A stretch of DNA of 64,000 nt from an uncultured delta proteobacterium (GCA_963809875.1 CAWELC010000008.1:131623-195622); one strand, 5' to 3'; counted from the first letter of the stretch, positions 49,645-59,781 are shown. Numbers and translations: made by a program. The notes: generated from the letters alone by a model not told the origin.

Positions 49645-49676
49645 GGGGTTGCGGTTCCGGCGCAACCCTTTTTGTT
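49645..49676 (+). terminator. Rho-independent terminator
   Basis: GGGTTGCG-GTTCCGG-CGCAACCC followed by TTTTT. Confidence 0.7.
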
Positions 49677-49852
49677 TATCGTAGATCGAGGATCGTCGGC
49701 GCCGGCTCTTTTCCCACCATTTCCTTGCCGCTTCTGGACCGAACCCGCCCGCTAACACGCTAAAATCACGAGAAAAATCCTTGATTTATCCCCCCGATCA
49801 ATGGTATAAGTGCTTCAGTCATTTCTTATATATCTAAGGCAAGAAAACTCTT

Positions 49853-50971
49853 ATGGCTGTCGACGTCATCGAGGTTGCGGGTGGACGGGACCTCGCGGAT
49901 TTTATAGACTTACCTTACAGCCTCTACAAGAACCACCCCATCTGGGTTCCTCCCCTCCGGGTCCAGGCGGCCCGCGAGTTCGACCGGGAGAAGAACGGCT
50001 TTTTCGACAGGTGCGACGCCGCCTTATTCCTTGCCCGTCGGGGTGGAGTCGTCAAGGGAAGGATCGCCGCCTTTGTTCATCACGGCTATATAGACTACTG
50101 GCACGAGCCCCTTGGCTTTTTCGGTTCGTACGAATCCATCCACGACAAGGAGGTCTCCCGGCCGCTCTATTCGGCGGCGGCAGACTGGCTTGCCTCAAAG
50201 GATATGAAAACCATGCGGGGTCCCCTCAACTTTACCTCGCAGAGCGTCGGCTTTCTAACCGCCGGCTTCGACCAGCCCCATACGGTTCTTTCACCCTATA
50301 ACTTTCCCTACTACGATGAGCTTGCCAGGGACGCCGGGCTTGCCATAAACATGGAGATGAACGGTTATTACGGGGACGTAATGAAGCACTACGTCTTTCC
50401 CGAGCGTTTCATGAGGCACTACGACTACCTTTCGAGGCGCTATAACGTGCGCGTCCGGGGAGTGGACCTCAAAAAGATCCGGGAGGAAGTCGCCGCCGTC
50501 CTTGCGGCTGCAAACAGCGCAAACGAAGGCGACTGGAATTACATACCCACCGATGAGTCGGAGGTCAACAGCATCATCGACGACTTCAAAGACATAGTCG
50601 ATCCCGAATGCGTTTTCATCATGGAGCATGGGGCGTCCGTCGTCGGGTACGCCATCGCGCTGCCCGACATTAACGTGATCCTCAAGAAGCTCGACGGTAA
50701 GCTCTCCCTCATCGGGATGATGAGACTCAAGTATGGGGTCAAGAGGCTTCGCGAATATCGGCTGTGGGGGATGGGGCTGATCAAGGAGTTCCAGAACAAG
50801 GCGCTGGACACGCTGCTCTACTATCATATCTTTCACGTCTTGTCGAAGAGGAAGGCCCGCCTGGAGGCAAGCTGGGTTCGTGAAGACAACCATAAGATGA
50901 ACCAGGCCATTGTTAACCTTCAGCTGAAACTGGTTAAGAAATTCCGCGTATACGAAAAGAAGATCGGCTGA
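49853..50971 (+). CDS. Uncharacterised ~370-aa GNAT-like acyltransferase family protein
   Basis: N-terminal F(I)DLPYSLYKNHPIWVPPL...GRIAAF pattern recalled from a widespread unstudied GNAT-annotated family. The CDS is clear; the function is not. Confidence 0.6.
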   Translation: MAVDVIEVAGGRDLADFIDLPYSLYKNHPIWVPPLRVQAAREFDREKNGFFDRCDAALFLARRGGVVKGRIAAFVHHGYIDYWHEPLGFFGSYESIHDKEVSRPLYSAAADWLASKDMKTMRGPLNFTSQSVGFLTAGFDQPHTVLSPYNFPYYDELARDAGLAINMEMNGYYGDVMKHYVFPERFMRHYDYLSRRYNVRVRGVDLKKIREEVAAVLAAANSANEGDWNYIPTDESEVNSIIDDFKDIVDPECVFIMEHGASVVGYAIALPDINVILKKLDGKLSLIGMMRLKYGVKRLREYRLWGMGLIKEFQNKALDTLLYYHIFHVLSKRKARLEASWVREDNHKMNQAIVNLQLKLVKKFRVYEKKIG

Positions 50972-51150
50972 CAGGGTGCGGGGATTTTCGTCAGTCTCCT
51001 GAAGATGAGGGTGCACGGGAACCGGACACAATCCCATAGTCTGCCGGCCTCCGTTAAGGGATAGGGACAGCGATTCACGAGCATACGGACTGAGCCCTCA
51101 ATCGGTCATCCCGGTCCGTTTCGAAACGCAACCGGGTATAGGGAGCGGCC

Positions 51151-52728
51151 ATGAAGATATTTATTGTCGATCCGCCACAGCAGGTCTTCAAATATTTTAT
51201 GGGCCACGTGCCCTCCCCGGCGGTGGTGGCGCTGGCGGCCTACATGGAGCGGGAAGGTCACGAGGTCAAGATCCTGGATGCCACCACCTTCAACGATTGC
51301 TGGGGTGATCTCGAGCGGGCGATTCGGGAGGGGCGGCCGGACGTCGTCGGGATCTCCAACAACTCCTCCAACACCGTCAATAACGCCTTCCACACGGCCG
51401 CGCTGGCCAAACTCGTCGATCCGGCCATCGTCGTCGTGGGCGGGGGCGCCCATATGACGGCGCTGGCCGAAGAGAGCCTGAGAGTCAATGGGGCTATCGA
51501 CTATATCGTACGAGGAGAGGGGGAAGTAACCTTTTCGGAGCTCATCCGGGCGATCGAAAAAAAAGACAAAGACCTCTCCTCGATCAAGGGCCTTGCGTAT
51601 CTGGAAGACGGCCGTTTCGTGCAGACTCCCGACCGTTCCCTGATTGATAATATAGATTCACTGCCGATGCCCGCCTATCACCTGCTGCCGCTGCTTGGTG
51701 AGAAGAATAACGAAAACTATATCATGCCCTACTACTTTCCCACCCTCGGGATGGACCCCTATAAGGCGGTCTTCCTCTCGACGGCACGGGGATGCTTCGG
51801 GAGGTGCCGATTCTGCTCGGAGACCTCCTTCTGGCACCACGTCTGGCGGGCGCGAAACGCACGGCACATGGTCGACGAGATGGAGCTGCTGGCCCGGGAG
51901 TTCGGCCGCACTAACTTCTATTTTGTGGACAACTCCTTCAACTGGAACCGGGACAGGATTGCCGAGTTTATCGACGAGCTTTCCGCCAGGAACCTTCCGG
52001 GGATTACCTTCTGGTTTCAGACCCGCGCCGAGCAGCTGCTGCGCGACCAGAAGCTGATACCGAAACTGAAAAAGCTGGGTCTCTACCAGATCTCCTTCGG
52101 CGTTGAGACCGCCAGCCAGCATATCCTGGACGACTTCGATAAGAACCAGAATACCGATCTGACCCGACGGGCCATGCAGGTGGCAAAGGAGCACGACCTG
52201 GTTCTGTTGACAAATGTCATGTGGGGCCATCGAGACGATACGGAAAAGACCCTCCTGGACACCTACAGGCTCGTGAAGGACTACGCCGACATCTTTGCAA
52301 TGCAGATATTCACGCCGGTGCCGGGTACACCCTATTATGACGATTACCTGCGAAACGACCTCATCAAAGACTATAACTGGGATCACTGGGATATGTTCAC
52401 CCCCGTCGTCGAGACGAAGACGGTGCCCTATCACGCGATGCTCCGGACCGTCGAAAAGATCCAGGGAAGGTATCATCTGAGGCCCAGGATCGTCTACAAG
52501 ACATTCCTTTCGAGAAACCCCTTCATTCGTCGCAACTATCGATCGCTCATGACGCTCATCCACCGAACGCTGACCAATACCCAGCAGAAACACCAGACCA
52601 ACTACATCCGCTTCGAGGACTATATGGCCGGGAAAGGATATCTCCTCGAAAAAACCGTCAAGGGGACCTGCCTGGTAGTCGGCAGGCAAGGCGAGGGGCG
52701 ATCGGCGACCCCGGGAGGCGCGTCATGA
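51151..52728 (+). CDS. B12-binding-domain radical SAM protein (class B), 525 aa
   Basis: N-terminal Rossmann-like B12 domain (MKIFIVDPP...VVGISNNSS...VVVGGGAHMT) and a radical SAM CxxxCxxC (ARGCFGRCRFCSE). Confidence 0.88.
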   Translation: MKIFIVDPPQQVFKYFMGHVPSPAVVALAAYMEREGHEVKILDATTFNDCWGDLERAIREGRPDVVGISNNSSNTVNNAFHTAALAKLVDPAIVVVGGGAHMTALAEESLRVNGAIDYIVRGEGEVTFSELIRAIEKKDKDLSSIKGLAYLEDGRFVQTPDRSLIDNIDSLPMPAYHLLPLLGEKNNENYIMPYYFPTLGMDPYKAVFLSTARGCFGRCRFCSETSFWHHVWRARNARHMVDEMELLAREFGRTNFYFVDNSFNWNRDRIAEFIDELSARNLPGITFWFQTRAEQLLRDQKLIPKLKKLGLYQISFGVETASQHILDDFDKNQNTDLTRRAMQVAKEHDLVLLTNVMWGHRDDTEKTLLDTYRLVKDYADIFAMQIFTPVPGTPYYDDYLRNDLIKDYNWDHWDMFTPVVETKTVPYHAMLRTVEKIQGRYHLRPRIVYKTFLSRNPFIRRNYRSLMTLIHRTLTNTQQKHQTNYIRFEDYMAGKGYLLEKTVKGTCLVVGRQGEGRSATPGGAS

Positions 52729-54149
52729 AACTGCTCATCGTCTCGGCGAACCGGGAGGTGACGCCCGATCCGGTCTACCCGCTCGGCGCCGCGTACGTGG
52801 CGGCGGCAGCCAGAAACGCGGGGCACGCCGTGGATATCCTGGACGTGCTCTTTTTCGATGACGTTGGTGCGGCCGTCCGTGAAAGGATCGCGTCCTTCGC
52901 GCCCGACCTCGTGGGGGTGTCGTTCAGAAACATCGATAACGTCGCCTATCCCCTCTCCCTTTCCTACATGGACGAGAACGTCCAGGTTATCAGGGCGATC
53001 AGGGCAGTTTTTTCGGGTCCGCTGGTCATCGGCGGATCGGCCTTCACCATGATGCCCGAACATATGCTTTCGGCCCTTGGCGAGACGATGGGAATCGTCG
53101 GAGAAGGAGAGGAGGCGATCGTCCACCTTCTTGACGCTCTTTCCGGCAGGGGGTCCCTCTCGGACGTGCCGGGGCTTATCGCGAGTGATAACGGCAGGGT
53201 CTCGGTCAAGAATCCACCCCGCCCCATCGAAGACATCGATCGGGTCACGCCGCCGGCGGCGGACCTTTGCGATAACGCCGCCTACCTGAAGTGGGGAGGC
53301 ATGGGGAGCGTACAGACCAAGCGCGGCTGCCCCTTCGGATGCATCTACTGCGTCTATCCTGTGGTCGAGGGGCCGAAGGTGCGTATGAGAGACCCGAAGG
53401 CCGTGGTCGACGAAATGGAGCTGTCTCTGAAACGGTGGGGGGTGGATACTTTCTTTATCGTCGACAGCGTCTTCAACAGCCCGCCCGAGCATGCCCATGA
53501 AATCGCGCGGGAGATCATCAGACGGCGACTCACCCTGCGGCTCTCGGCCTATATCTCTCCCGCCTTCGTCACCGAAGAACTGCTGGCCGATCTGGCCCGG
53601 GCCGGCTTGACCGGGCTCGATCTCGGCGCCGACAGCCTGGCCGACCCGATCCTGACACGGCTCGGCAAGAACTTCACGCGACGCGACGTGGTCGACGCGA
53701 TCCGGGCGGCCCAGTCGGTCGGCATGATGACGTGTATCAACATCATCTTCGGGGCACCCGGCGAGACCCCGGACACGATGCGTGAGACGGCAGACCTCAT
53801 CGACGAGCTCTCGCCGACGGCTCACCACGCCATGGTAGGCATCAGGATCTTTCCGCGGACGGGGCTGCAAAAGCTGGCGATAGAAGAGGGGATGGAGGAT
53901 GCGCGTGACATCGGCCTTGCCCCGATATTCTACATCTCTCGGGCGGTGGCCGACGAGGTCGTCGGGTTCGTGCACGAGCGGGCGATGAGCCGCCCCTACT
54001 GGCTGGTCCCCGGGCAGATGGTCATGGCGGGACAGGATTTCACCGGGACCCTGCGTCCCGACCGATACGATCGGGGGGTCGGGGCGCCCTTCAGGATGCA
54101 GGGGATCAAGGGTCCGCTGTGGGAGATGCTGGGGCAGGCAAGGAAGTAA
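52725..54149 (+). CDS. B12-binding-domain radical SAM protein (class B), 474 aa
   Basis: MKLLIVSANRE..YPLGAAYVAAAARNAGHAV..VGVSFRN..VIGGSAFT, then TKRGCPFGCIYCVYP. The start overlaps the previous stop (ATGA). Confidence 0.88.
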   Translation: MKLLIVSANREVTPDPVYPLGAAYVAAAARNAGHAVDILDVLFFDDVGAAVRERIASFAPDLVGVSFRNIDNVAYPLSLSYMDENVQVIRAIRAVFSGPLVIGGSAFTMMPEHMLSALGETMGIVGEGEEAIVHLLDALSGRGSLSDVPGLIASDNGRVSVKNPPRPIEDIDRVTPPAADLCDNAAYLKWGGMGSVQTKRGCPFGCIYCVYPVVEGPKVRMRDPKAVVDEMELSLKRWGVDTFFIVDSVFNSPPEHAHEIAREIIRRRLTLRLSAYISPAFVTEELLADLARAGLTGLDLGADSLADPILTRLGKNFTRRDVVDAIRAAQSVGMMTCINIIFGAPGETPDTMRETADLIDELSPTAHHAMVGIRIFPRTGLQKLAIEEGMEDARDIGLAPIFYISRAVADEVVGFVHERAMSRPYWLVPGQMVMAGQDFTGTLRPDRYDRGVGAPFRMQGIKGPLWEMLGQARK

Positions 54150-54236
54150 GGTATCGCTGCGATCGAGAGCGGCGGCCCCATCGGTCTGCGTCCGTTTTTC
54201 GCCTCTTATCTATTCTTAATTCACCGGGAGCGGCGT

Positions 54237-54794
54237 GTGATGAAGGTTGTCAGACATATCCTCGGGCTTGTGGTCGGTGTCGGGTTTCACGGTGTCATCG
54301 TTCCCTACCTGATCATCACCGTCAACAAGGCCGTGGACGGATACCTCGGCTTGGGCGAGGTGGGCGACCCGGCGGTCAGGACGCCCCTGGGGCTGGCCTT
54401 CCTCTCGCTGGGTCTTTTCTTTATCGCATGGTCAAACATATTCCTGGCGCTGAGGGGCAGAGGCGGGCCCCTCCACTACGGCAATGTGATCACTATCAGC
54501 CCCAAGACCGAGCGGCTGGTCACCACGGGCCCCTACCGATATACCCGAAACCCGATGATCTTCGGGGTAATCTGCGCCTATCTGTCCATCCCGATCTTCC
54601 AGGGCTCGCCGACCGGCCTCTTTCTCTACTTCACGTTCTGTCTGCCGGGGGCCATCCTTTATATTATCTTTGTCGAAGAACGGTGGCTGATGCGGGATTT
54701 CCCGGAGGAATTTACCCAGTACAAGAGCCGGGTCTCCATGCTCGTCCCCCTGCCGCCGCGCGCCGTTTATCGCGCCCGCGACAACGGGGCATGA
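54237..54794 (+). CDS. Membrane methyltransferase of the ICMT/PEMT (isoprenylcysteine carboxyl / phospholipid methyltransferase) family
   Basis: Multi-TM; LVTTGPYRYTRNPMIFG...EERWLMRDFPEEFTQYKSRV is the family signature. Confidence 0.82.
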   Translation: MMKVVRHILGLVVGVGFHGVIVPYLIITVNKAVDGYLGLGEVGDPAVRTPLGLAFLSLGLFFIAWSNIFLALRGRGGPLHYGNVITISPKTERLVTTGPYRYTRNPMIFGVICAYLSIPIFQGSPTGLFLYFTFCLPGAILYIIFVEERWLMRDFPEEFTQYKSRVSMLVPLPPRAVYRARDNGA

Positions 54795-55056
54795 TGTTCT
54801 GAGGTTCATCAACGAGTCGCGGACGAAGCTTCCCCGGGGCAGAGGGGTTGGTATGAAGCTCTGCATTCTGCATCGTCGAATTTCCCGAAAAGACCTTCGT
54901 ATTTCCGCCGACACGTTCCCGCAGCACCGATGAGGCGGCGTGCCGCTTTTGTCCCGCGCAAACGGCATGAAGTGTCAATCGTTTTCCCGGCCGCCGAACA
55001 ACCGGGTTTACTACATCATTACATAGACATTCCTGGAGCACGACAAGGAGGAAGCC

Positions 55057-56751
55057 ATGCCGAAAGCGCCGGAGTTGTTCGCCGATGTCCTCGTCGAGGC
55101 GGGGATCGACCATGTCTTCGGAATTCCCGGGGGGAGCACCATATTTATATTTGATGCCCTTCAAGATAAAAAGGATAAGATCAGGGTAGTCCTGGGGCGT
55201 CATGAAGGGGCAGCCTCCTGTATGGCCGATATGTACGGCAGGATGACGGGCAAGCCCGGCGTGCTGATCGGCCAGGGGCCCTGGATCGGTTCGAGCGGAG
55301 CGCTGGGAATCCTCGAGGCCTACTATGCCGGCTCCCCGATGCTGATCGTGACCGATTTTTCCGACTACGCCGGGCTAACCCAGCACGGCGTCTACCAGAA
55401 TTCCTCGGGCGACTATGGCGCGGCCGATCTCACGGCGATGATGCGCTCGATGACGAAGTTTACGACCGTCGCCACGAACGCCGGCGAATTCATTCACGGG
55501 GTGAGGCTTGCCATCAAGCACGCGGTCACGGGACGGCCCGGCCCTGCCTGCGTGATCGTCCGATGGAACGTCGTGACCGAGGTGGCCGAGTCCGAGAAGA
55601 TATTTCCGAAGCTCTATCCGCTGGCCGGGCATCTGGCCGTCTCTCCTGCGTGTATCTCGCCCGGGGATGCGCAAAAGGCCTCCGACCTTCTCCTTTCGGC
55701 CAAGAGTCCCGTGATGATATGCGGCAGGGGCGTCCACGTGGGGAGGGCCCACGAAGCGGTACGAGCCCTGGCGGAGCTCATCGGCATGCCGGTGGCCACC
55801 AGCTACATGGGAAAGAGCGCCATCCCCGAGACACACGACCTTGCCCTCGGGATGATGGGGATCCTGGGCCAGAAGGCGGCCAATGACCGGATCGTCGGCG
55901 CCGACCTCCTGCTGGTCGTCGGCAGCTGCCTGGCCCCCGAGAACACGAAGATGCTCTCGCCTGATTTCATCAATCCCGACCGTCAGAAGATCATCCAGAT
56001 CGACATCGAGCCCCTCAATATCGGCTGGACTTACCCGACATTTCTCGGCATCACATCGGACGCGCGCAGTGCGCTCGAAGCGATCGGCGGTCAGATCAAG
56101 AAATCGGCAAACAAGCCCGACGCCGCCGCGCGAATACGCGAGATAAAGAAGTACAAAGAGGAACGCAACTATTTTACCAGCGACATGTTTTCGTCCGACG
56201 CTACCCCGATCATGCCCGGCAGGATAGTCCGGGAGATCAACGACCTCTTCGGGCCCGACGACATCCTCGTTCTCGATACGGGAAACAACCGGATATTCTT
56301 CGCAAACCTCTTCAAGTCCAAGGGAGCCGGTCAGGTTTTCGCCGGGGGAGGGGTGGCCGGCATGGGATGGGGAGTCGCCGCGGCCGTGGCCGCGCAGATC
56401 CTCAATCCGTCGCGGCGGGTTGTCTGTCCCACGGGTGACGGGTGTCTTATGATGATGCTCAACTGCCTGGAGACGGCCTCGCAGTATGAGCTTCCCGTTA
56501 CCTACGTCGTTCTCAACAACTCGGTCCTGGGCAACGTCAACGATTTTATGGCGCCCGGCCATAAAGGGGTCACGGAATATAAGGAAGCCGATCTATGCGG
56601 CACGGCAAAAGCGATGGGGTGCGTGGGCATCAAGGTGAAAACTCCCGCGGACCTCGGTCCTGCCCTGAAGGAAGCGATGGCAAGCGACCGGCCCGCGGTC
56701 GTGGATGTAAGGACCGCCCATATACCCCACTTCGGTCTGATGTCCTTCTAG
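55057..56751 (+). CDS. Thiamine-diphosphate enzyme of the acetolactate synthase / sulfoacetaldehyde acetyltransferase superfamily
   Basis: N-terminal Pyr domain (IDHVFGIPGGSTIFIFDAL..HEGAASCMADMYGR..GPW) and C-terminal TPP motif (GDGCLMMMLNCLETA...NNSVLGNV). Confidence 0.85.
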   Translation: MPKAPELFADVLVEAGIDHVFGIPGGSTIFIFDALQDKKDKIRVVLGRHEGAASCMADMYGRMTGKPGVLIGQGPWIGSSGALGILEAYYAGSPMLIVTDFSDYAGLTQHGVYQNSSGDYGAADLTAMMRSMTKFTTVATNAGEFIHGVRLAIKHAVTGRPGPACVIVRWNVVTEVAESEKIFPKLYPLAGHLAVSPACISPGDAQKASDLLLSAKSPVMICGRGVHVGRAHEAVRALAELIGMPVATSYMGKSAIPETHDLALGMMGILGQKAANDRIVGADLLLVVGSCLAPENTKMLSPDFINPDRQKIIQIDIEPLNIGWTYPTFLGITSDARSALEAIGGQIKKSANKPDAAARIREIKKYKEERNYFTSDMFSSDATPIMPGRIVREINDLFGPDDILVLDTGNNRIFFANLFKSKGAGQVFAGGGVAGMGWGVAAAVAAQILNPSRRVVCPTGDGCLMMMLNCLETASQYELPVTYVVLNNSVLGNVNDFMAPGHKGVTEYKEADLCGTAKAMGCVGIKVKTPADLGPALKEAMASDRPAVVDVRTAHIPHFGLMSF

Positions 56752-56994
56752 GGGGAAACGATCCCCCCGCGAAAGACCCCACTTGCCATTGGATCGGGCG
56801 TTGCCGCCGATCCTGTGTTCACGGGATCGTTGGAGAAACGCGGTGGTTCGGCGGAGATTGGGTCGACCGATATGGTTTTGCCGGCGTGCGCAAAAAAATG
56901 TATTGACGGAGGGGCGCTTTACGATTAATCTATAGCTTCTTGAACCGTTGCCATCGATCGCTTTTCTGCGACCGTCAGGTCTGAGGAACATCTC

Positions 56995-57261
56995 ATGAAA
57001 GAAACCGTCGTCGTTATCAACCCGAAGGACAACGTCGGGGTGGTTACCAGGGAAGTCAAAAAGGGCGAGACGGTGAGCAGGGCGGGCGGCGTAGACATCC
57101 AGGCCGCCGATGATATCCCCCGGAACCACAAGATAGCACTGGCCGAGATCCCGGCCAACACCCCGGTAATAAAATATGGCGAAAAGATCGGGTTTGCCAG
57201 CCGGCCCATTGCGGCCGGCTCGTGGGTGCACACCCATAACCTGAAGGCGGAGGAGGGGTGA
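56995..57261 (+). CDS. UxaA-family N-terminal SAF-domain small subunit (SuyA-like)
   Basis: 88 aa; INPKDNVGVV...IPRNHKIALAEI..G..VIKYGEKIG.A...I..G.WVHTHN is the SAF domain pattern. Confidence 0.8.
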   Translation: MKETVVVINPKDNVGVVTREVKKGETVSRAGGVDIQAADDIPRNHKIALAEIPANTPVIKYGEKIGFASRPIAAGSWVHTHNLKAEEG

Positions 57262-57262
57262 C

Positions 57263-58417
57263 ATGGGATTCATGGGATACCGTCGGCCGAACGGCACGGT
57301 AGGGGTCCGCAACCACGTCGTGGTGATGAGCTCGGTGGCGTGCGCAAATGGGGTGGTCAATGCCATAGGCAGGGCCCTGCCTCAGGTCAAGACCATCACA
57401 CATACCGAAGGGTGCGGGCGAGGGCCCGCTGACATCGCCATCTCCTGGAGGACGCTCACGGGATTGGGCAAGCACCCAAACGTCGCGGCACTCCTCGTGG
57501 TGGGGCTGGGCTGCGAGTTCATCCCGGCGGCGGGACTTGCCGCGGATATCGCCCAGACGGCCAAACCGGTGGAGGCCCTCGTCATCCAGGAAAAGGGAGG
57601 TTCGAGAAAAACCACCGAGGCCGGCATCGGCATCGCGCAGCGGATGCTGGACGATGCCTCCCGCCTCGGCCGGGAGGAGTGCGATTGGAGTGACCTGATC
57701 CTTGCCACAAACTGCGGCGGGTCCGACGCCCTGTCCGGCGTCACGGCAAACCCGCTGGTCGGCTCGTTCTCGGACTGGCTGGTGGCTCGGGGGGGGACGA
57801 CAATGCTGTCGGAAACCACCGAGATGATCGGGACCGAACACGTCCTCTCGCGCCGGGCGGCGAGCCCCGAGGTCTCAAAACAGGTCTACGATCTCATCGT
57901 AAAACAACGAAAGCAGACCGAAGATATCCTGGGCCCGCTTGCCCACATGGTGATCTCCCCCGGCAATATCGAGGGGGGGCTCTCCAACATCATGGAAAAG
58001 TCGATGGGCTGCATCATCAAGGCGGGTACCACGCCTCTGAAGGAGGTCTCCGACTACGCCGTGAGCCCCACGAAAAAGGGGTTCGTTATCATGGATACTC
58101 CCGGCTCCGACATCTTTTCTATCACCGGCATGGCCGCCGGAGGCGCCCAGATAATGATCTTTACTACCGGGCGGGGCACGCCGGTCGGATTTCCGATCAT
58201 GCCCCTCATCAAAGTTGCCTCCAACAGCGAGCTTTACCGGAACATGGAAGACGATATGGACGTGAACGCCGGCCGGCTCCTGGAGGGGACCGGCATGCAG
58301 GAGGCTACCGAGGATTTCATCGAGCTCTTCACGCGGGTCGTCAACGGCCAGATGACGAAGGCGGAGATCAATCTGCAGGACGTCCTATCCATCAACACCG
58401 TCTCGCCGCCCTTTTAA
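57263..58417 (+). CDS. UxaA-family C-terminal large subunit (altronate dehydratase-like / SuyB-like)
   Basis: GYRRPNGTVGVRNHVVVMSSVACANGV...THTEGCG...LGCE pattern. Starts 2 nt after the small subunit. Confidence 0.8.
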   Translation: MGFMGYRRPNGTVGVRNHVVVMSSVACANGVVNAIGRALPQVKTITHTEGCGRGPADIAISWRTLTGLGKHPNVAALLVVGLGCEFIPAAGLAADIAQTAKPVEALVIQEKGGSRKTTEAGIGIAQRMLDDASRLGREECDWSDLILATNCGGSDALSGVTANPLVGSFSDWLVARGGTTMLSETTEMIGTEHVLSRRAASPEVSKQVYDLIVKQRKQTEDILGPLAHMVISPGNIEGGLSNIMEKSMGCIIKAGTTPLKEVSDYAVSPTKKGFVIMDTPGSDIFSITGMAAGGAQIMIFTTGRGTPVGFPIMPLIKVASNSELYRNMEDDMDVNAGRLLEGTGMQEATEDFIELFTRVVNGQMTKAEINLQDVLSINTVSPPF

Positions 58418-58473
58418 CACGATTTCCAGTAGATGGACGTGAGCTCTAATAACTATTTTATAAAGGAGTTGTT

Positions 58474-59781
58474 ATGAAAGAAAAGGGAGGTACCAAGGAG
58501 TACAAGACCGGTGGATCGAGCGCTCTCTATATCCTGATTATTTGTTCGCTCCTCTACATGGTCAACTACATGGACCGGCAGGTCCTGGCGTCGGTACTCC
58601 AGATGATGAAAATCGACCTCGGGCTTTCCGAGACCCAGCTGGGAGTGCTCAATACCGCGTTTCTGTTGAGCATTGCCTTCTTTTCGGTCCCCGTTTCCTT
58701 TATGGTCGATCGGTGGAGCCGCAGGAAGGCCGTCGGCATCATGGCGATCCTCTGGAGCATCTTTACCTACCTGACCGGCCTGGGCAGGAGCTTCGCCACG
58801 GTCCTTATCCCCCGGGCCCTGGTCGGCGTGGGCGAGTCGGGCTTCTCCGCGGGCGGCACGGCCCTGATTTCCGCCGCCTACGATCCGGCGAAGCGGGGAA
58901 GGACGCTTTCGGTCTTTAACCTCGTCATTCCCCTCGGGGCGGCCCTCGGTATGATCCTCGGCGGCAAGATAGCGACGGCGACCGGCGACTGGAGCAGGCC
59001 GTTTGTCATCTTTGCCATCCCCGGTATTATCCTGGGTATCCTTGCCCTGTTCATGAAGGACTACAAGACGGTGCACGAACTGGACATAGCGGGCAAGCGC
59101 AGGGGCTTCTTCAAATCCGCATTCTCGCTCTTTAAAATCCCATCGCTCAAGTGGATGTATATCGGTTACGGCGTCCGCAATATCATGAATTTCTCGGTCC
59201 TTATGTGGCTTTCGGCCTATCTCATGCGGGCGCACAACATCGCGGCCGACAAGGCGGGCGGTCTCGTCGGGGCGATCATGATGATGGCGATCCTCGGGGC
59301 GCTCCTCGGCGGGTTCCTTGCCGACTCGTGGCAGAAGAAGAACCGAAGGGCACGGATGCTGCTGCCGGTCATCGGCGATTCGCTGGCGGCGATCGTCCTC
59401 ATCATCGCGCTCTTCCTCGAGTTCAAGGGCGCGGGATTCTACGTCGGTCTGCTGTGGGGCGCCCTGGTCATGCTCGGGACCCCCGCGCTGAACGCCGTAT
59501 CTCAGGATGTCGTTACCCCCGGTCTGAAAGGGACCTCGTGGGGCATGGCGGTGTTTTGCATGTACGTGTTCGGCGGCGGCTGGGCGCCGCTCGTGGTCGG
59601 GTTGATCTCGGATGCCTTCATAAAGTCTTACGGCTTTACCGATATCGCCTCCCTGCAGAGCGCCCTCTACATCGTGGCGTGCAGCGGATTTTTGGCATCG
59701 ATCATCCTGTTCATCGGCTCCCGTTCTTATCCGGCCGATATGGACAAGGTGAAGGGTGTAAAGCTTCAGTCCGAGAAGTAA
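58474..59781 (+). CDS. MFS transporter
   Basis: 12-TM-like hydrophobicity; MDRQVLASVL..., DRWSRRK and GVGESGF MFS motifs. Confidence 0.85.
   Translation: MKEKGGTKEYKTGGSSALYILIICSLLYMVNYMDRQVLASVLQMMKIDLGLSETQLGVLNTAFLLSIAFFSVPVSFMVDRWSRRKAVGIMAILWSIFTYLTGLGRSFATVLIPRALVGVGESGFSAGGTALISAAYDPAKRGRTLSVFNLVIPLGAALGMILGGKIATATGDWSRPFVIFAIPGIILGILALFMKDYKTVHELDIAGKRRGFFKSAFSLFKIPSLKWMYIGYGVRNIMNFSVLMWLSAYLMRAHNIAADKAGGLVGAIMMMAILGALLGGFLADSWQKKNRRARMLLPVIGDSLAAIVLIIALFLEFKGAGFYVGLLWGALVMLGTPALNAVSQDVVTPGLKGTSWGMAVFCMYVFGGGWAPLVVGLISDAFIKSYGFTDIASLQSALYIVACSGFLASIILFIGSRSYPADMDKVKGVKLQSEK

Noticed and set aside
54838-54860. A sigma-54-type promoter (TGGTATGAAGCTCTGCA) upstream of the TPP enzyme gene.
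   Set aside because: The GG-to-GC spacing is one nucleotide too long relative to the TGGCAC-N5-TTGC consensus, and several conserved positions differ.
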